The notes under the pieces: generated by a model
What the model was told of the DNA's origin: nothing
What the model saw: only the letters and a program-made list of their open reading frames with translations
The model's database searches: none
Source: Bacteroidota bacterium
Lineage (GTDB): Bacteria > Bacteroidota > Bacteroidia > J057 > JAJTIE01
Assembly: GCA_019638695.1 (NCBI GenBank)
Contig: JAHBTG010000007.1
Location: 482 to 64,481 of the forward strand
DNA: 64,000 bases
Direction: 5' to 3'
Made by a program: the position numbers and the translations under genes
Part shown: one piece after another, positions 62,566 through 64,000 of the stretch
Layout: each line of letters starts with the position of its first letter
Numbering within the stretch: position 1 is the first letter of the stretch

Positions 62566-62591
62566 AGAGGAAGTGCAGAATAGAATATCGG

Positions 62592-64000
62592 CTAATCCAG
62601 TTTGATTTCTTCCTCTCCGTCGCCAAAGTAGCGCACCTGGGTAAAGGGGAGGTTGTTCACTGCCGCAATGCGCACCCACTTGCGGTATTTGAAGAGCCAG
62701 CGTACCTGCTCGCTCACCAACCCTTTGGTAAAGAATGCGGCCAGGAAGGGATTCATCTGCAATTTGAGGCTCCTGGTCTTGTGTTTGGCCAGCAGGTAAT
62801 CCAGGTTCCTGCGCACTTCGTCTGCCAGCAGGATGGCGGGTTGTATCTTGCCCGTACCATTACAACTGGGGCATAGTTCTTCTGTGATGATATTGACCTC
62901 CGGGCGCACCCGCTGGCGGGTGATCTGTATGAGCCCGAAACGGCTCATGGGCAGCACCGTGTGGCGTGCCCGGTCTTTGTCCATTTCGGTCTTCAGGGTC
63001 TGGAAGACCTTGCGCTTGTTTTCCTCCTTGCGCATGTCTATGAAGTCCACCACAATGATGCCGCCCATATCCCGTAGTCTTAACTGGCGTGCAATCTCGG
63101 CGGCCGCTTCCTGGTTGATACGCAGGGCATTGTCCTCGGGGCTCAGCTCCGGTGCGCGCATGCTGCCGCTGTTCACGTCTATCACATGCAGGGCCTCTGT
63201 GTGTTCAATGACCAGGTAAGCGCCATTGTGCATGTTCACCGTTTTGCCAAAGAGTGCCTTGATCTGGCGCTCTATACCCACCTGCTCAAATAACCCTATG
63301 CGGCTGCTCTTCAGCTGCACGCCCTTGCGCAGCTCGGGCAGGTTGGCTTCTACATACTGGCAGATATCTTCATACACTTCCTTGTCGTCTGTGACCACAC
63401 TGTCAAAGCCAATGGAAAGCATGTCTCTCAGCAAACCGCTGGTGCGGTCAATCTCGCTGAGCACTTTGGCAACGGGCCGCGCTGTTACAAGTTCCTGCTC
63501 CAGTGTTCGCCAGCGGCCCATCAGGTATTCCAGGTCTGTCTTGAGTTTTTCCAGTTCTACGCCTTCTGCCGCGGTGCGCACAATGATTCCCATATGAGGA
63601 GGCTTGAGCCCTTCCAGGTATTTGCGCACGCGGTTGCGCTCCTCCCGGCTGTTGAATTTGCGGGATACGGAGACCTCCCCCCCAAAGGGCAGCAGGATGC
63701 AGTATTGCCCGGCCAGCGAGAGCTGGCTGGAAAGCCTGGGCCCCTTACTGCTGATGGCTTCTTTCATGATCTGCACCAGCAAGGGCTGGCCAGCCTTGAG
63801 CACGTCTGCTATTTTGCCGTGTTTATCAATGTCTGCCACACCCTGCAGTTTTTCCAGGGTAATGTGGCGGCCATTGCTTTGCTGAACGGACTTGAGGAAC
63901 TTGGTCTGGGTCTGTATCTGCGGGCCCAGGTCGCTGTAATGCAAAAAGCTATCCTTGGAATACCCGATATCCACAAAGACAGCATTCAAAGCGGGCAACA
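62592..64000 (-). CDS. rng: ribonuclease E/G family protein (Rng/CafA-like), N-terminus beyond the window end
   Basis: An S1 domain fragment is present (NAVFVDIGYSKDSFLHYSDL), with the RNase E/G catalytic region (VIDVNSG...GGIIVVDFIDM) and the Zn-link CPSCNGTG. The reading frame is open to the window edge. Confidence 0.9.
   Translation of the reverse strand, partial: LPALNAVFVDIGYSKDSFLHYSDLGPQIQTQTKFLKSVQQSNGRHITLEKLQGVADIDKHGKIADVLKAGQPLLVQIMKEAISSKGPRLSSQLSLAGQYCILLPFGGEVSVSRKFNSREERNRVRKYLEGLKPPHMGIIVRTAAEGVELEKLKTDLEYLMGRWRTLEQELVTARPVAKVLSEIDRTSGLLRDMLSIGFDSVVTDDKEVYEDICQYVEANLPELRKGVQLKSSRIGLFEQVGIERQIKALFGKTVNMHNGAYLVIEHTEALHVIDVNSGSMRAPELSPEDNALRINQEAAAEIARQLRLRDMGGIIVVDFIDMRKEENKRKVFQTLKTEMDKDRARHTVLPMSRFGLIQITRQRVRPEVNIITEELCPSCNGTGKIQPAILLADEVRRNLDYLLAKHKTRSLKLQMNPFLAAFFTKGLVSEQVRWLFKYRKWVRIAAVNNLPFTQVRYFGDGEEEIKLD

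Overview
This is a dense, mostly housekeeping chromosomal segment from a member of the Bacteroidota. The assignment rests on three things: the type IX secretion (T9SS) genes porU and porV, cargo proteins with T9SS C-terminal sorting domains, and several promoters of the Bacteroidetes type (TTG, then about 19-20 nt, then TAnnTTTG). I support 58 protein-coding genes, two of them partial at the window edges: a DtxR/MntR-type repressor at the left edge and RNase E/G at the right. There are two tRNAs, Pro-GGG and Asp-GTC. Recognisable genes include lgt, a NatAB-like ABC-2 exporter, a small glycan-related cluster (NeuD/PglD-like acetyltransferase, M20 amidohydrolase, WbaP-like phosphotransferase, Gfo/Idh/MocA oxidoreductase), a 1272-aa BNR-repeat T9SS cargo protein, an M43 metalloprotease, and a coupled TPR protein and outer-membrane barrel. 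Also present are rpsT, radC, smpB, hslV, rpsP, rimM, recG, MerR and M23 peptidase genes, a MoxR ATPase, two parvulin-type PPIases, thiC, isolated nuoN-like and nuoG-like genes, hscB, a truncated-hemoglobin operon, a MacB-like permease and a GT39 (ArnT-like) glycosyltransferase. I found no CRISPR array, transposase, integrase, rRNA or recognisable defence system. I cannot honestly point to a clear novel multi-gene system. The best new candidate is an orphan transcription unit of about 80 nt at roughly 57893-57972 on the minus strand. It has a canonical promoter, two hairpins, a (UUUG)4 tract and an intrinsic terminator, which suggests an unannotated small RNA divergent from tRNA-Asp. Secondary observations: hslV lacks hslU and is translationally coupled to a PD-(D/E)xK (HsdR_N-like) gene; an A/T-rich SiaC-like partner-switch gene sits without its SiaA/B/D partners; an A/T-rich gene resembling the soluble domain of DUF2723 lies just past tRNA-Pro; the nuoN and nuoG genes are scattered; thiC has no recognisable THI-box; and a 10-bp-phased direct repeat lies upstream of a chaperone gene. 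All long 'shadow' ORFs lie in the codon-aligned antisense frame and are rejected as artefacts.
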